Assembly: GCA_000165425.1 (NCBI GenBank)
Contig: CT868651.1
Coordinates: 186,001-250,000, forward strand
From: Paramecium tetraurelia
Lineage: Eukaryota
DNA length: 64,000 nucleotides
Direction: 5' to 3'
Below the pieces are notes generated by a model. It ran no database searches. It had not been told where the DNA came from and saw nothing but the letters and a program-made list of their open reading frames with translations. Within the stretch, counting starts at the first letter, position 1, and every line of letters starts with the position of its first letter. Both the position numbers and the translations under genes were made by a program. Of this stretch, positions 13,552 through 29,029 are shown piece after piece.

Positions 13552-14872
13552 TCATAATTTATTTTGAATTTCATCATTCACCTAATAATTACTTAAAAAC
13601 ATTGTTTTAATCGGTGATTTTCAATAATTATTCGAATAGTTTACCTACGCTTTTGAATTTATCAATTATGAGATCAATATCTCTTTTGTAAAATTACAAT
13701 TATTCATCTTCGAAAGTAGAAAATATCATTCTTCTTTTTTAATCTATTCTCTTCCTTGATGCACTAAAAGCAATTAGTTAAATCAGTGTTTTTAATTCAC
13801 AATTTCCTCTAAATGCCCCACATCCCCACTTTCCTGTTGATATTGGTAGCAGAAAGTCCTCTTCTTTTGCTGATTAAGACAATGAAAATCCTATGAACGC
13901 CTTGTTAATATCTCGCAAAATAAATTTTGATTAGAATTATAAAGTAGGATAATTACCATAATATAGGGCATCTAAAACTAGAATGTTCTGATTTAAATTA
14001 GAAGGTTTTCTTTAAAGAAAATGGAAAGAGAGTCCATACCCCAAATAATCACAATATCGAATAGTATTCTTTATAATAATAACTTCAGTGTTACTTAAGA
14101 CTTTAGAAAATATAACAGCAATTATGTTTTCTGGCATTATTGTAAATAGGATCTCTTCTTAAACACAACCTGTATGTAAGACCCCTCCTCCTACATATTT
14201 ATTTGCAAAGTCAACAATTAAGGCATTTTATTATTCTTCTAAAAATGTATCTACAAAATCGATTTTTTAAAGATTTTTATCGCAATTTGACCACAATTTT
14301 ATATCAAGAATTTAGATTCCTTAATTATTAGGGAAGAATTGATGAATATGGTAATTCACATTGAAGTCTATCCTTTCTAATGTAACTAATTCATGTTCCA
14401 AATCATTATTAGCCGTAATAAAATAATGAAGATAACATTTTGCTTTTTCAGGCTACTCTTATAATATATAGTGTAAATTGCAAGGTGTAGGAAATGAATC
14501 ATGTTGAATTTTTAGTAATCCAAAAAATGATAATGATAAAAATTGATAAATTTCTTTTCTTGTGAATTGAATAGTCCCTTAAGTTACTAGTAATTCTTTT
14601 TTAGGAGGTGAATTAAGTAAGTTCAGAGAATATTGAGCCATTTTTGGAAGAGCATTCTAAAAAAACAAAACTCTCAAATTTTAATCTAGTTGTAAAATTG
14701 CAGTTTCCAATCCCATTAATTTTTTTTTGCTTTAGCCATTTAAAGTTTAAATTAGAGGAAGGGAAGAAAATAGATCTTTTTGAGATAGCAATTATGTTAA
14801 TAAATATTTTTATTCCTCTGACAAAGTAGGATATTGGTACATCATTTTTTCGTTTACATCTTTTTATATCAT
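13552..14872 (-). CDS. PARG: Poly(ADP-ribose) glycohydrolase
   Basis: [24 protein letters not shown] signature (GGG-x6-QEE), YLGYG and TGKWGCGAF. Confidence 0.92.
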
Positions 14873-14901
14873 AAATAATAAATAAATGTGTCTAATTATA
14901 A

Positions 14902-16108
14902 TCATTACTGTAAATATTTTTCATATCTTTCCGTATTTCTTTTAAGTACTTCCTCTAAGGGACCCATCAATCTTTTGAATGAGTTGAAATCGCAATATAA
15001 TAAGACAACATCAGTCTAGATAATATTTTCCAATTACTTTTGCTATGACAGTAGCTTATCTTGGAGTGTTTTTTAAAAGAGCCAATTCTCCAAAGTAATC
15101 TCCTGACTTGTAATCATAGACCTTTTCAGTCTAACCCTTCCAATAAGCCTCCAACTCTCCCTCGATAATCAAATATATCCTATCTCCGATTTCACCCTTT
15201 ATTTAATTTAAAAATCTACTTCATTTATAATCGCTTCACCTGCATGATGCTTTTCCTCTTTAAGAACATCACATAATTGAACTCGTTCATAATTATCCAT
15301 AGACTACAGCAAATCAATTTTGTTAAGGATTTCTTCCATTTATTCTCTCTTTTTGATTGCAGAAAACTTGACTATGTTATTAAACGTTTCTCTGTCTAAA
15401 GCAAAGGTTGTGACTTCTTCTATGGCCTTAATGGTAGCAGCTCTTGGAGCATTGTATAATAAGGCCAACTCACCAAATGATTCTCCAGGTATATAGGTCT
15501 TTAACAATTTCTCTTCCTCAAATCCTGTAAACTTTTTGTAGCATTCCAATCTTCCTTCATCAATAACATATAACTCATTTCCATCATCACCTTATTTAAT
15601 TACTTCGTCCCCAACTCTTAAATAAGTAAATATAAATCTTACTGAAATTTCTTCTCATCCATCGCTCCTAGCACTATGTTCAAATCTTTTTCATCCAAAG
15701 CTTAAAACATAAATGAATTTAGAATTCTTTTCTTTATCCTTTCAATTTAGCCTTCTGATTTCTGGATAAATCTGGGCTTAAAATCTTCCTTTTTATTGTA
15801 ATCTCCATAAACTTCAGCGGAAACTGCTGCTCTAGTTTGTTGCTTTTATTGTTGTTTTAACTCTAAAATTACTTCCTCCTCTTCCTCTTCTTCTTCACTC
15901 AAATCGTGATTTTCAAGTTATTACACTTAGGCGCCGCTTTCTTAAATCATCTTAATCAAATTTTACTTTAATTTTACAACCAATTTATCGACCATCCATA
16001 CACATCATCTGGTTTCTCGATGACTATCCTTGCTATGAGTTGATCAAAAACTGGTTTCACTTTATTTGCGATGTATTCCTGAATAGTAACTTTTTTTTTC
16101 TAGCTCAT
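14902..16108 (-). CDS. cAMP-dependent protein kinase regulatory subunit
   Basis: RAAVSAEVYG inhibitor-like site and two cNMP domains (FGELALLYNAPRAATI, FGELALLKNTPRQATV); short introns. Confidence 0.93.
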
Positions 16109-16270
16109 TATCAATATTAAATTTTAATCAAATTATTCATAGATAAGTGGATATATCAAGCTTAATTTCTGTAAGACTAATATAATATTTTCATTTTCCA
16201 CATAAATATAAACCTATCATGATAACTAAACCACTTTGAATTTTTATAAATATATAAATAAATATCCAAA

Positions 16271-18453
16271 ATGAGAAAGAAGGTATCAAACTATTAGGAT
16301 TACTAAGAATGCAAATAGCAACATCTCCTAAACTACCTCAGCACTTTGGAGGAGAAGGATTAGGAGAAATTATTAGAAAAATTGGAATCTATTAATATTA
16401 GGAATCTACTAGATGTAAGCTCAAATTACTAAACTAGGTCTATAGTCATTATAAAGAAAGGCTTAATGAGAATTGTAACATCAATCCAATCCGAAATGTA
16501 TTCAAAGTATCCTCTACTCCTCAAGAAACTCTTCAACAGTATTAAAAATTGGGGGAATAACTAATTTCAAAAGGAAAGGGTATCGATAAAATTTAATAAC
16601 TATTAAGTTTGCGTTGCAATGATGGCAGGAGGTTAAGGCACTAGATTGGGTTTTAATATGGCGAAGGGTATGTATGATATTGGTATGCCTTCTCATAAAA
16701 CTCTATTTCAAATTTTTTGCGAACGTATTTTAAGTCTTTAAAATATGATTTAAATTAGAATGGGATAATGCTTACCTATTTAATTCTTTATCATGACTTC
16801 TGATGTTAATCATGAAGAAACAAAACGATATTTTATTGAAAATAACTATTTCAATCTTCAATCTGATTAAATCACCTTTTTTCAGCAGGATTCCCTTCCT
16901 ATTTTGTCAAAAGATGGAGAAATCTTATTGAGTGATCACACATCCATCCTGGAAGGCCCAGATGGTAAGTAAGCTAATATTATTATTGAATAGGAAATGG
17001 AGGAATTTTTAATAGCCTCTACAATCAGGGTTATTTGGATTATATGAAATGTTTGGGCATTAAGTATATTCATATATGTCCAGTAGATAACATTCTTTGC
17101 AAATTGTGTGATCCTATTTGGATTGGATATACAGAAGCAAACAATTTAACTATTTGTAGCAAATTTGTTAAGAAAGCTTATGCTGAAGAAAAGGTAGGAA
17201 TGCATGTCTTAATCAATGATAAGCCTTGTATGATAGGTGAATATTTAAATTTAGATTAGAGTATAGTGAAATGATATAGGATGATTTGAATAAAACAAAT
17301 GATATAGGAGACTTGCTTTATGATGCAGGTGGAATAGCTTAAATGATTTGTACTGTTGAATTTACACATTAAATATATGAAGATCCATAAACTAGAAGTA
17401 AATTAGCTGCTAAGTAAATATTTTCTAGAAATTAGTTATCATGTTGCATAAAAGAAATACGATTACTATGATCTAAATTAGAGAAAAGTTATAAAACCAG
17501 AGAGTATTAATGCTTTAAAATTTGAACTCTTTTACTTTGATTGTTTTCCTCTCTGTCCTGAAGAATAATTTGGTTTGATTGAAGTAAGAAGAGAAGATGA
17601 GTTTGCTCCTATCAAAAATGCTCCAGGAGAAAAAAGTGATACCCCAGAAACAGCTAAAAAGTTATATATGGATCGAGATTAAAAATGGGTCAAAGATTAT
17701 GGCTTTTCATTTCCATAATAGATTGAAATATCGGCTAAGATAACATATTTTGGGGAAGGCCTTGAAAATATCTTACCAAAATATTTAGGTAATAAATAAA
17801 ATCCTCTCATAATAACAAATGATAGATTATCAACATAAAAATAACCTCAATTAGTTAAATAGCCACAACCAACATAATAGCCATTACAATAACCATAATA
17901 ACAATAATAATAATCTAAACAACCAATAAAGCAATCATAAAAAGGAGGAGTTAAAAATATATAATTCTATCCATAAGTTGTTTATTCGTAATTAATTAAT
18001 TTAGTTCAAAATTCGATACTCCAAACTAATTATTACCCATATCAATCAACACCTCAAAACTCAAGGAATATTTAAATTTAAGAATATCCTGTTCACTAAA
18101 GCCAGGTCTTTAACCAAAGATTATCTATGTAACATCAAGCCGCTTCATAATAATAACTAAAACAAGTGAAACCAACTGCATTTCCTACACAAAGCATTTC
18201 TACTGTTTCTACTACAAAATTAATTAATCCATAAAGAAGATATTAACCAAAAATGCATTCTTAAAATCTTTTTACGTCAAAATAGGTCATAATCTAGCCA
18301 GTATAAGTAAATTCATCTCGCTCTCCTCAAAGAATGACATTATATTTCAAATAAAGAGCTACGACTGTACAGAGGCCTACTATGTTTGTCTAATAGCGTC
18401 TGTTAATAGTATCAGCATAGTAATATACATCATTAACTACAATAAAATAATGA
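16271..18453 (+). CDS. UAP1: UDP-N-acetylglucosamine pyrophosphorylase with Gln/Pro-rich C-terminal tail
   Basis: [33 protein letters not shown] and EFAPIKNA; several short introns. Confidence 0.9.
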
Positions 18454-18505
18454 GTAAAATATTAAAAATATTTAATTATTAAAAACACATAGTAATATCA
18501 GAAAC

Positions 18506-21500
18506 TCAAAGTGGGCCATCTTATTGGTTAAGATGATCATCTTCTTACCTTTTGACTAAAAAACCCTCGATTTATCTTCCAATGGCTTTCAATTCAAGAG
18601 TAACATTCTATTCAAACCTAAACATGCTCGCATAATCTTCTTCTAAAAATGTTTTAGTTTATTAACTAACTTGTACATAACCTTTTACTCCATTTGATTC
18701 CATTTTATTCGCTATAAGAACATCTGGTCCATAAATATCATATCTAACAATATCTGTACCCATAACTCCTCCAAAAACAGGGCCTGTATGAACTCCTATT
18801 CTCATATTAAGCCCATCAAAATTGATTTATTTCCTGACCTATGCAATAATGTTGATCATTTCAAAAGCCAAATCAATAATATTCTTAGCCTCCTAATGAG
18901 GATTTCTATTGTGATAATCAATCATTCCGATAGCCACATAGCAATCACCTATAGTATATAATTTATAAACATTCAAATCACAACATTTTCGATCGAATTC
19001 AACAAACAAATTTTTGAGCATTACCAATACTTCTTCTGGTTTTACTTTACTAGAATATTCAGTAAAACCGGCTATATCTGCAAACAGTATTGTCAGGTCA
19101 TCAATTTTATCACAAATCCCAATATTACCAATTTTGTCATCTAAAAATTTATTAAGGATGTGTTTTGGGAGTAAATACTAAAGCAATTATGATTCCTTTT
19201 ATTACTAAGTCTTAAAGATAATCTTTTAATTAAAACATCCAACTTATTATTGTTCTATCAATAAGATCAAAGAGATGTTATACAAAGAACTGATAATGAT
19301 AAAATATATAGATATGGCTTGAGTTCCATCTATTGCTAAGACTATTGTAAAATAAGAAGCAGTTCCAATACAAAATAATACTTTAACCCAAAAGCTTAAG
19401 ATTTGAATACTACAAAACAATGATTAAATAAAAATTAATTCATAGACATGAATATTTTTTAAGTAATTATTTTCATCCAAAATTATTACCAATCCACTAA
19501 GTAAAGCTTCAAAACATAAGAGCAATTTTATGCATAATTTCCACTTTTCGAAAAACAATTTATTATTGACTAAAAATTATATTAAATTAAGTAAACTACA
19601 CAGCCACTACAATATGATCAAACCCAAATTTAAATCTCCGTAAAATTGAATCTGACAAAACAATTTGATTAGATAATAAAGAACATAAATTCTTAAATTT
19701 TGAACAGTTTGATTTTTCGATTAAGTCTTTACAAACTCTTAATATTATTCATAACTAACAAATTGATTCATTTATTTCCTATAATAGGATATTTACAATA
19801 ACTAAATAAAGGAGGTTTCTTTAATTATATTGTGTTCTAGTGCATATTCATTCTTTAATAGTATGACATTCTCTAATTAATTCATAATTTTTACCAATAA
19901 TTATTCATAATCTATGAGTTCATCAATTTCAGGTTCATAATTTTCAAGTTAAAATTTGTTCTAAAGCATAGTAACTAATCTTTTGAATGTACTTGGTTTT
20001 GATTATGATTGCTTAATGTGATTGTCATCAGAACCTTGTTTGGATAATAATTGAATTGAATGTCTTGACTTGTCCTCGTAAGGTTAATAATAAGTAGGAT
20101 CTATGGGTTTTATTCCAAATACATTCGGAGCTCCTTATTCCTGCATTGAATCCATCTTCTACTTCATCGTATCAATCTAAGTTAGAATGGTTTTCCTTTT
20201 TTTAAGATCCTTCTTAAATATTTCAGGATTCTTTCTAACAACATACTAACTTCTTGCTTCTTTACTTTAAGCATCTTATTCAAGTGGCATTGAAAATTGA
20301 TTTTCCTTGTTCTAAATTTTACATTTATAAATGTATGTTGGTCTTATACCTAAACCTTTCATTTCAACATTTCGAACTTCAAACTCAATATTTTCGTTTT
20401 TCAATTAATCAAACGCTTGCTCTGATAATGTAATAGTGTCTTCTAAGCCAGTTGAACAAACTCTGCTGGTCGTATTCACAGTATCGCCAATCAATGAAAA
20501 TTGAGGCTTATGAAATCCTATGACTCCGCTTATAGCTCCACCATAATGAATACCGATTTTACCAACCAACTATTGCCCTTTATAGCCCCACCTATTGTAA
20601 TCCAAAAATTTACATCTTTGATCTTATATAAATCATCATCTATTCGGCTAAATTTAAGGCTCTTTAAACAGGATCTACCTGGGATAAATATGTCAATTCT
20701 TATTCACAAGCCTTCAAACCAGCAGATGCCAAATAAGTCTTTCCGACGGTTTCTATCTTTTGAACTCCGTAAATTTAGCAATATTTATCAAATGTTCTAA
20801 AGATGTCATCCAAAAAAGTGATAATTTTATCTTTTTCTTCAATGACCATTTAATCGAAATTACAAATGTCACAAAATACAATTGCTACTAAACCCTAATT
20901 TTAATGTATATTATATTGATCAGCTATTACAATTTAATTGATAATTACTTTCATTTAATCTATCTCTAATGAATTTGGGTAACAAAATACCTAATATGTC
21001 ATTAATCTTATTATTTTATTCAATAAAATTTAATTTATTTTAGGCTTAATCTTCTTCTAATTAAATGAACTTATAATTAATTTGAATTATTTACATAACT
21101 CTTTACAAAGTATTACAAAACTGAAAATAGAACCAAGAATTGTATTACAGCTATCTAATTTGAAATGTTTGAATTATTTTCAACAACATACCAAGCAATA
21201 TATCCAATCATTGTTGCAATAGCTGTTGTAATATAAACTCTGAAGTCATAGATGGGATGAAATTTTATTGATAATTCATATGCTATAAAGTATTAAATTG
21301 TCAATGTAGAATTGATATTATCAATTGATTTCATTACAAACAAAATAGAAATCGTAGCAGCTGTTGATAAAAAGAACTTTCCATATTCTAAATATTCTTA
21401 TTGGTTTGTTTGTAATTTAATTAAGATCTATATAGCAAAATAAAATGCTTGGAGACAAAAAATTATTAAATAGTCAACCAAAAAAAAATCCATTCTTTTC

Positions 21501-24500
21501 TAATAAAAGTACATTATTATTATAAATGTGGTATGATAGAATAACAATTAGAAACTTTGAATGATTTATTTCTTCTTCCACATTAAGATTGTATGAGCTT
21601 TCTTAAATATTTATTAACGCCATTATCCAAATTTACTTTAATTATTTTATTAATTGATAAGCACTAATCAATAAATTTGATATTATACATTTTTAAATAC
21701 TCAAATCTACTTATTCAATATTTTCAAATAGTTCATTCACTCTATTTTATAAAATGGTCAATGTTTTCTTTTTTTATTTTGAATTAATCATCATTTGGAT
21801 ATAATTTAAATATGATAGAAAATCATCATTAAAGATAGGTATGCTAATGCAATGTTAAATCTCCTAGTAATCAAACACGAGATTTGTCATTAATAGGAAG
21901 GCTGTCCCTAAAATTATTGAAAATACATCATAAGTATCCACTGAATAATTCCATTCACTATTTTGATTCATGTCTAATAATATATAAATATAAAATATGA
22001 TAGGAAAAATAGCAGCTAAAATAATTGCCTCAATAAAATTCAAATTAATAATCAGATAAAGCCAATCATTAATACTAATGGACATAAAAATGTATAAGTA
22101 GTACTCCAGGTCATACATTTTGTAGATAAATATGCATGAAATGAGAAGACCTTGAATAATGTGCTTAAAAACCATAATGAGAATACTTTCCATTGATAAA
22201 GTGTGCTATGAGTACTTTTATAATAATATTGATTAATCTTTATTATCTTTTAATTTTTTCGATTAATCAATAAAAGAATAATGTTGCAGGGAAAATAAAA
22301 AGAATTAGTAAATGTAGAAGTAAAATACGATTTCCAATAAATAATCCATGAAATCTAGAGTATACCATGTATAAATGATAGTAACAAATGTAAAAGTGGT
22401 CACAAAGGTTATTGTTTTGTAAATGGTTTGTTAATATAAGGCTCTAAAGAATATTTTCATTAGGGGACTTTAAAAAAATAAAAGGCGATCTAATTCTTTA
22501 TAACTTTGTAAAATGATATCAGTGTTTGAATTGATTTGCATTTCATTAAAATAGCATTTTTCAAATATCAATCTCTATTATAAGGAGGTAATAAGTGATG
22601 AGAAGAAGTTCTTTTTTTCGACTTTCTCTACTTTCTAATTTTTAAATAAACTAAATTATTGTAACTATAATATTTATAATTGGCACCCATTGAAACAACG
22701 CAATAAGCTTTAGTTTTCATATAATAAATTAATTGTTTTATTTGAAGTACACCATATTTCTTAGATAGCATTTAGTTGATCCTAAGTCGCCTAATAAAGA
22801 AATAGCACTTTGGTGAAGCCGAGGATTAATTTTAGATTGTTTTTGAAATAATGATTTTCCATTATATATTACAAAGATTAATTGTTCATCATCACAATTA
22901 TTTTCTTCGTTCTAGGTTTTTCTTCAACTTAATCTACAGTTATTTGCTTTTATGAGTTAAGTGCCTAAATTTTAATAAATTGGGAAGAATTAATGCTTGC
23001 CTGACCAAATGTATTAGAAAAATCTTATAGACTCTATTTAAAATAAGCACGTAAATCCTCCTCGTTTTGTTAGTTGAAATGTAAGACCAAATCATTCTGT
23101 AATAATAGCTCTGACTAATACAAGATGGAGGTAGAAAAAATTTCTTGATTTTAAGTATATACAAATATTTGATAATCTGATTTCCTAATATTTTTCATAA
23201 AATCTTAGCATTCAGGCTTTAATGTATATTTGAGCCCCAAAATAATATTTAATTTGAACACCTATTCCATCAAAGTATATAATTAATTATCTGGAGTATT
23301 ACTCTCTACTGATTACAAAAAGACACTTGCACTTTCTTAGGTCAGATAACAATATGAATAGTAAATGTAATGGAGTGAATCATATTGATGCTTCCAAACT
23401 TTATCATCTATCCCCTCATTCTTTTTTACATTACCTTCTCTCAAGAAGAGAATAAATTATTTATCATTATCCTAATAAAATTCAACCACTTCAAATAGCA
23501 TAAAGAGTCTTTATCTTTAAATATCTAATTTAGTGATGACCAATTTGAATGAGTGTAATTCATCATTAATCTACACTATATAATGTTAGACATTCCTAAT
23601 TATAATATTGAATATTTTACTAAACATTATTGACGCATAAGAATTCATAACCCATAGCTTTTGCTAAACTTACTTATTTCTAATCTAGTTATCCTAAGAA
23701 CTTATTTTTTACTTTTTATTCTTTCTTCTCTGTAATTAATAACTTAGAAAAAGCTAGATGATTCATTGCTAATTATAGCAACAATGGATTCAGTTCATCT
23801 GGATCATCATTTCTCATCATGTTCCTGCATAACCTTTCCTCATCTATAAAATAATCTTCCTATTTAAATTAATCTTTTGAGGACTAATATCCTTTTGAAT
23901 TTCGAATAGGGTTGCTTGCTCTTTAGATTGTATCATTATAACCATCATGATTGTCAACTAGAGTTTTGTCTTTTGATGTTTGGTCGTGTTGGATAAGGGC
24001 CATTTGATTTAAATTGAAATCCTCCTTTGATTCAGATTGTTAATAGAAAATAAATCTACCTTCAACAGATTTTGGAATCTAATTAACAATACATTCTCTT
24101 TAACTCATCAGTTCGTCCGAACATGAACTTTGCATAAGGTAATTTATAACTTAAGAACCTTGTTGAATATCTTCTTATTCTATGATAATTAAAATTAAAT
24201 TATACCTTCTTTTTCAGAATTTCTACCTTCACCCTACGCTTTGATGCCTGAACAAATTTAAATTAAAAATTAGAAGAACTTTTATTCCTCGAATTCACAT
24301 AATTTATTATCATATATTATACATTATAGCTAAAAGGATTGTTCAATAAATGCATCTACGCTGACTGTTAGATATTATTTATCAATGTATTTATCTATAT
24401 GACAAGACATAATTTATTTTTGATCAATATTTCCTATTCCTTTTAGTTGTATAATACTACAAGTTTTATAGTAGATTTTATAAAAATGAGGAACCATCAA

Positions 24501-25961
24501 AATCAAAAATATACAATTATCAATGATAATTTGAGTAATTGATCTCAAATTCTTTAAAAAGTCATTTTAGTTGAAAATTATTATTTAAATCTTAAATTTA
24601 TTTTAATTATTACAATTATTATGACCATAACTACAATGTAATATGGTACAAACTAAGTATTCTCGAATCTAAATTCGCCAAAAAATCTGGCATAACATAA
24701 GCAACTATTTCCTACTTTTACTACTATTCCCAAAACCCATGGAGTGGCCAACAACCTTTCTTAACAAAAAATAAAATTCTCAAATCCAAATATTTTTGAT
24801 TAAGGATCTTTTTTTAATTAAAAGAACCCTTTAATTTAAAAATTGTGCTCATGACAGACTATATTACCAGTCAAAGATTTCTTAAATTATGCTAAGTTCT
24901 AGGAATCAGCTTAAAGCATAATTTAAAATCTTACATCTATTTTAAACAACTGGTTTTCTGACTGTTGTTGATGAATAATCACACAATTGATGCTATACAC
25001 AGAAATTTTCATCATTACAATGCAAAACAAGAATGTCGCAAGGTGCTCTTTGGTTTCTTTCTAAGATTATAACATCTCCTATCATTATATTCTCCACATT
25101 TTAGACTTTGATTAAATTCATTTTATCCTTCTCCATTTTCTTCAACTTTTCGTTCAAAGGTATCCTCTATGCAGTTGGTGTTATTTCTCTTAAAAACATA
25201 CTAGGAACTTTTTTTTTAAATTCAATAATTAATGGATCATCCTCCATGATTTAAACCTATTTTAATTTTAAAGCCATATCTTTGTATATCAAAGGACTCA
25301 TTTGATTATATTTATTAGCATTTTCAGTTCGGATATTTTTGTTGCTCTATTGTTGCTTATATGAGATATTCTAAAATGGGATAGATACATTAGCTTAAAT
25401 TATGTTAACAATTTACAAACTATAGTGCCTTTTTTCTGATATTATGCATTCTCGAATTTTTTTAGTTAGGAGTTTTTATCAACTTGTGATCTGCTCTTTT
25501 ATCTTTAATTACTCTCACTTTAATCTTGCTTATTTAATCTTTCCTTTATTTTTTCAATAATTTCCTTATTGATAATGCATTCATCCCATTATTTTAACAC
25601 TCTTGCTTCTTGACTATTCACCATTTAATCCATTTTTCTAATTTTTATATAATTATGTAAATCAACTAACCATTGTTGAATTACCAAAAGTATCGCTATA
25701 AAATATAAGGCTTATGAGGAGAACACCTACAAAATAAGAAGAAGAAAGTAAATGGCATTTTCCTTAATAGTCCTAAGAGGAATAAAAAAATTGAAATATG
25801 CTCTTTTTATTTTGTTCCCATTCTCACTGTACCCATCTTATAAAACTGTCTCCCCATTCCGAAATTAAATCTTAATAATACTATTTTTATTGAGATAATA
25901 CTTGATATGTGTTTTTTTTCATCTCATTATTCTTCCGATAATTCAGAAATAATTATTTCAT
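18506..25961 (-). CDS. Alveolate-type P4-ATPase-like/guanylyl cyclase fusion protein
   Basis: P4-like N-terminus (NAIYFLLL..., D...IRKMDQMVN), TM blocks, then two cyclase domains in inverted order: KIETVGKTY/PQFSLIGDTVNTTSR first, FADIAGFT/KLYTIGDCY/RYDIYGPDV..ANKMES second. The interior of the ATPase part was only spot-checked. Confidence 0.85.
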
Positions 25962-25977
25962 TTTAATTTATAACAGA

Positions 25978-27162
25978 ATGTTAATCAATTAAGAACTCAA
26001 GTTTGACTCCAAATTGTAAGATAATTATACTATTTAGAGTCTTTGTCTCAATAAAATAATTAGATAGAAAAATGGAATTTGAAAATTTTAATGGTATATT
26101 AATATAATCTAGAAATATATTAATTTGAAGAAGTTAGCAAAAATACGTTAGTTGAGGTTGAGTCCACAATCAAGAATAGCCACTAAAACAAAGAAATTCA
26201 AAAGATTATTTAAATTAATTCAACAAATTAGTTTAGACTTATTCAAAACAATTAAGTAAAATTAAGTATTTCAAGAAATGAAATTTTAGATCTGTCTTTA
26301 AAATTTATTGATTGAATTTAAGAAAATGTACCACTTTATAACTTTACCATTCTACAAATCGTTTACGATTTTAAACAAGAATTTTCATTAAATTGAACCT
26401 TCTAAAAACTAATTTACTTAAAAGTCTTGAGCTTTATTAAAATCAAAGACCAACAATAAAAGGATGGTTGAGAACACTTCCTTTGGTTAGTTGACTGTTT
26501 ATGACAAGTTAAAATCAAGAAATTAGCAAATATTAATTGTCTTTTAAGACTTTTAAAGAGTCCTTTGGTTTGAATAATGAATCTGAAGCCAAATAATTAA
26601 AGCAAATCTAATTACAAGTAATCTTATCATTATGTAAGTGTCGAATAAAATTACCAATTCAAATATATATAGGTTTAAACTAAAATCGAGTAAATTAACA
26701 TAATTTTATGTGAATTGTGTAGAATCCTTTTAAAAAATGATTTATCCTCAAAAAATGAATTTAAAGCTTTGCAATCCCAATTTTAGTTTAACTTAAAGTA
26801 GTATAATTATCTTTTTATTGCAATATTTTAGATGATCTGGATTAGTTAAATCTTACACTCCTATATTTGAATGGGAGGCTTCAAAATAGTTAAGAATTTA
26901 AGATGTTAGATCTTAGAAATTTATTCTAATTGCAATTATCTTCCAGCCTAAATTTAATTATACTATTTTCTAATCAATTGCTGCAGACTTCAAATATTCA
27001 TACATAGAATGCTTATAAATTCTAGATAAGACATTATCACTATGATATAATCTTCTTCCACTTAAATAATCTGAGTTGTTGCTAAAATGGCAGACTATAC
27101 TCTTAATCTTAATCTAGATTTCAGAGAATTAATTCATAAGTGTTGGTGTATTAGAATTCTGA
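25978..27162 (+). pseudogene. Degenerate LRR-like gene
   Basis: ATG plus intron-like segments and LRR-like fragments (EILDLS, LKVLS), but the frame cannot be followed without shifts. Confidence 0.3.
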
Positions 27163-27236
27163 GTAATTACATTTTATTAAATAATTCTTTGATTATTAAT
27201 TTAACGTATTCATAATAAAGTTTTATATATGACCAA

Positions 27237-27925
27237 TCAAATATAATAACTAAATGTAACTGTTTTAATCAAAATTATTCAAAATGTTGACGACACTCTA
27301 TTTGCATTTTTCTGAATATGAAATTTACTCCAAGGGGGGAGGGATTGCTTTCTAAGTCAGATTCATAATCTTTTTGAAATTCTTCAAACATATTACACTC
27401 CTCTTCTAATTTTATCATTGAAGTTTCATCCTATTTTTAAAAATTTGATTAATTTGACATTGAATGTTATCCAATTTCGTTAATTACTTCATTCTATTTG
27501 ATAGAATCTTAATCAATTATATCTGATTGACCTTGTAAACCAGAATTTTCTAAATTTTTATTTTTTTATTTTGTTTTAATATTTTCTTAGGCTTTCTAAC
27601 TTTTTAATAATTTTTTGAGTCTTTTCGAATTTTTTCTTAAATAATTTCTAAGTACTCCCATTTTTTCATTTGCAAATTGATTTACATCTGTCAGCAATTA
27701 AACTTTTTTAAATAGTTGATTATAATCTTCTAAACTTTTTTTAGGAATTCCTATTATCTCAGCTGCTTTATTTAGGGTTAATCTCATTGTACTACCATCA
27801 GATTGAGGAATCCCATTGAGGAGAATCATTTTCCACTAATTTACTTTGAGTATTGCATCTCCTACTAGTCTTTCTTTTACTCTTTTCAGTGGTGGTATTG
27901 AATTATCAAAAGTGAATGGATTCAT
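27237..27925 (-). CDS. Ciliate HTH-like putative DNA-binding protein
   Basis: KER.VGDAILKVNQW...TLNKAAEIIGIPKKSLEDY...KMGVLRNY; open frame with no intron needed. Confidence 0.7.
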
Positions 27926-29029
27926 TAGTATAAAGTAAATATTATTAATTGATTAAAATAACAAAACCACATTTAAACTGTAATTTGTGATGTTTAATTT
28001 AATTACACAACATATCTAAATCAGAATTTAATATTTTCAAAGTTACAACCTGAATCTAAAGATTTTATTAATTTCCATTTGGAAATATATGAATGCTTCA
28101 GTCTAATTAATTTAGTTGATCTTTTTCACACAATATATTACTTCAACACACACAAACCATATATAAATTGACATCTATTATATAAGAATTTATAACTTAT
28201 CAGATTTAAATAAAAATATATATTAATTCTATAATTTTCGCTTAAAATTGAGAATCATAAATATGTGAATCATAACAATCAATTAATTTAAATGTTTGAA
28301 AAGCTACAAAAAATCTTTTAAATAGCCAATAAATTTGCAAAATATAAATACTATAATTAACGCAGGTGAAAAACATAATCTTTTTAGAAGCAATATTTTC
28401 TTTTACAAACAATTTCAAGAGAAAATGAAGATCTGGGCTTTTAATTTTAATATATATATACATAAATATTAGAAGAAAAGAAAAATTTCTTTTTACCAAA
28501 AATTATATAGTTATTTTTTATATTGCTTTAAATCTGCGTCTATTACTAATAACTCTATCATTTCGATAGATTAGTTGAAATTCGATAGAATCGATTTTGG
28601 AGAAAAATTTTACTTTTCAAACAAAATATAGATAAATTTAAGTGATCTGTTAATTCTTGTGTCTTTGAGATATAACTTATTTATTATTTATATAAATGAG
28701 ATTGAATATATGATTAGCACGACAATTTACCCTTATTATTGTGATGAATATTGCAAAATCTTTCGTTTTAGACCATGAAATTTAAATTATTTATATATCA
28801 TACCTAGTGCATTTTTCTGGAATTTGATTTGAGTTTGGGATAGAGTTGAAGTAACTAATATTTGTTTAAGTAAATTTTTCTTGCTATTTTATAAAATTAT
28901 TAACAGATAAGATATTGTTATCAATTAATGTTACTATATTTCAATGCATTTTCTATAAAAATTGCAATGTTGGTTTTTAAAAATTAAATTTACTTTCGTT
29001 TAAAAATTTATTCTGAATATTGTCTATGA

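Noticed and set aside
24340..25800. Suspected frameshifts in the ATPase-like part of the cyclase gene
   Set aside because: On recounting, the two checked segments are in frame.
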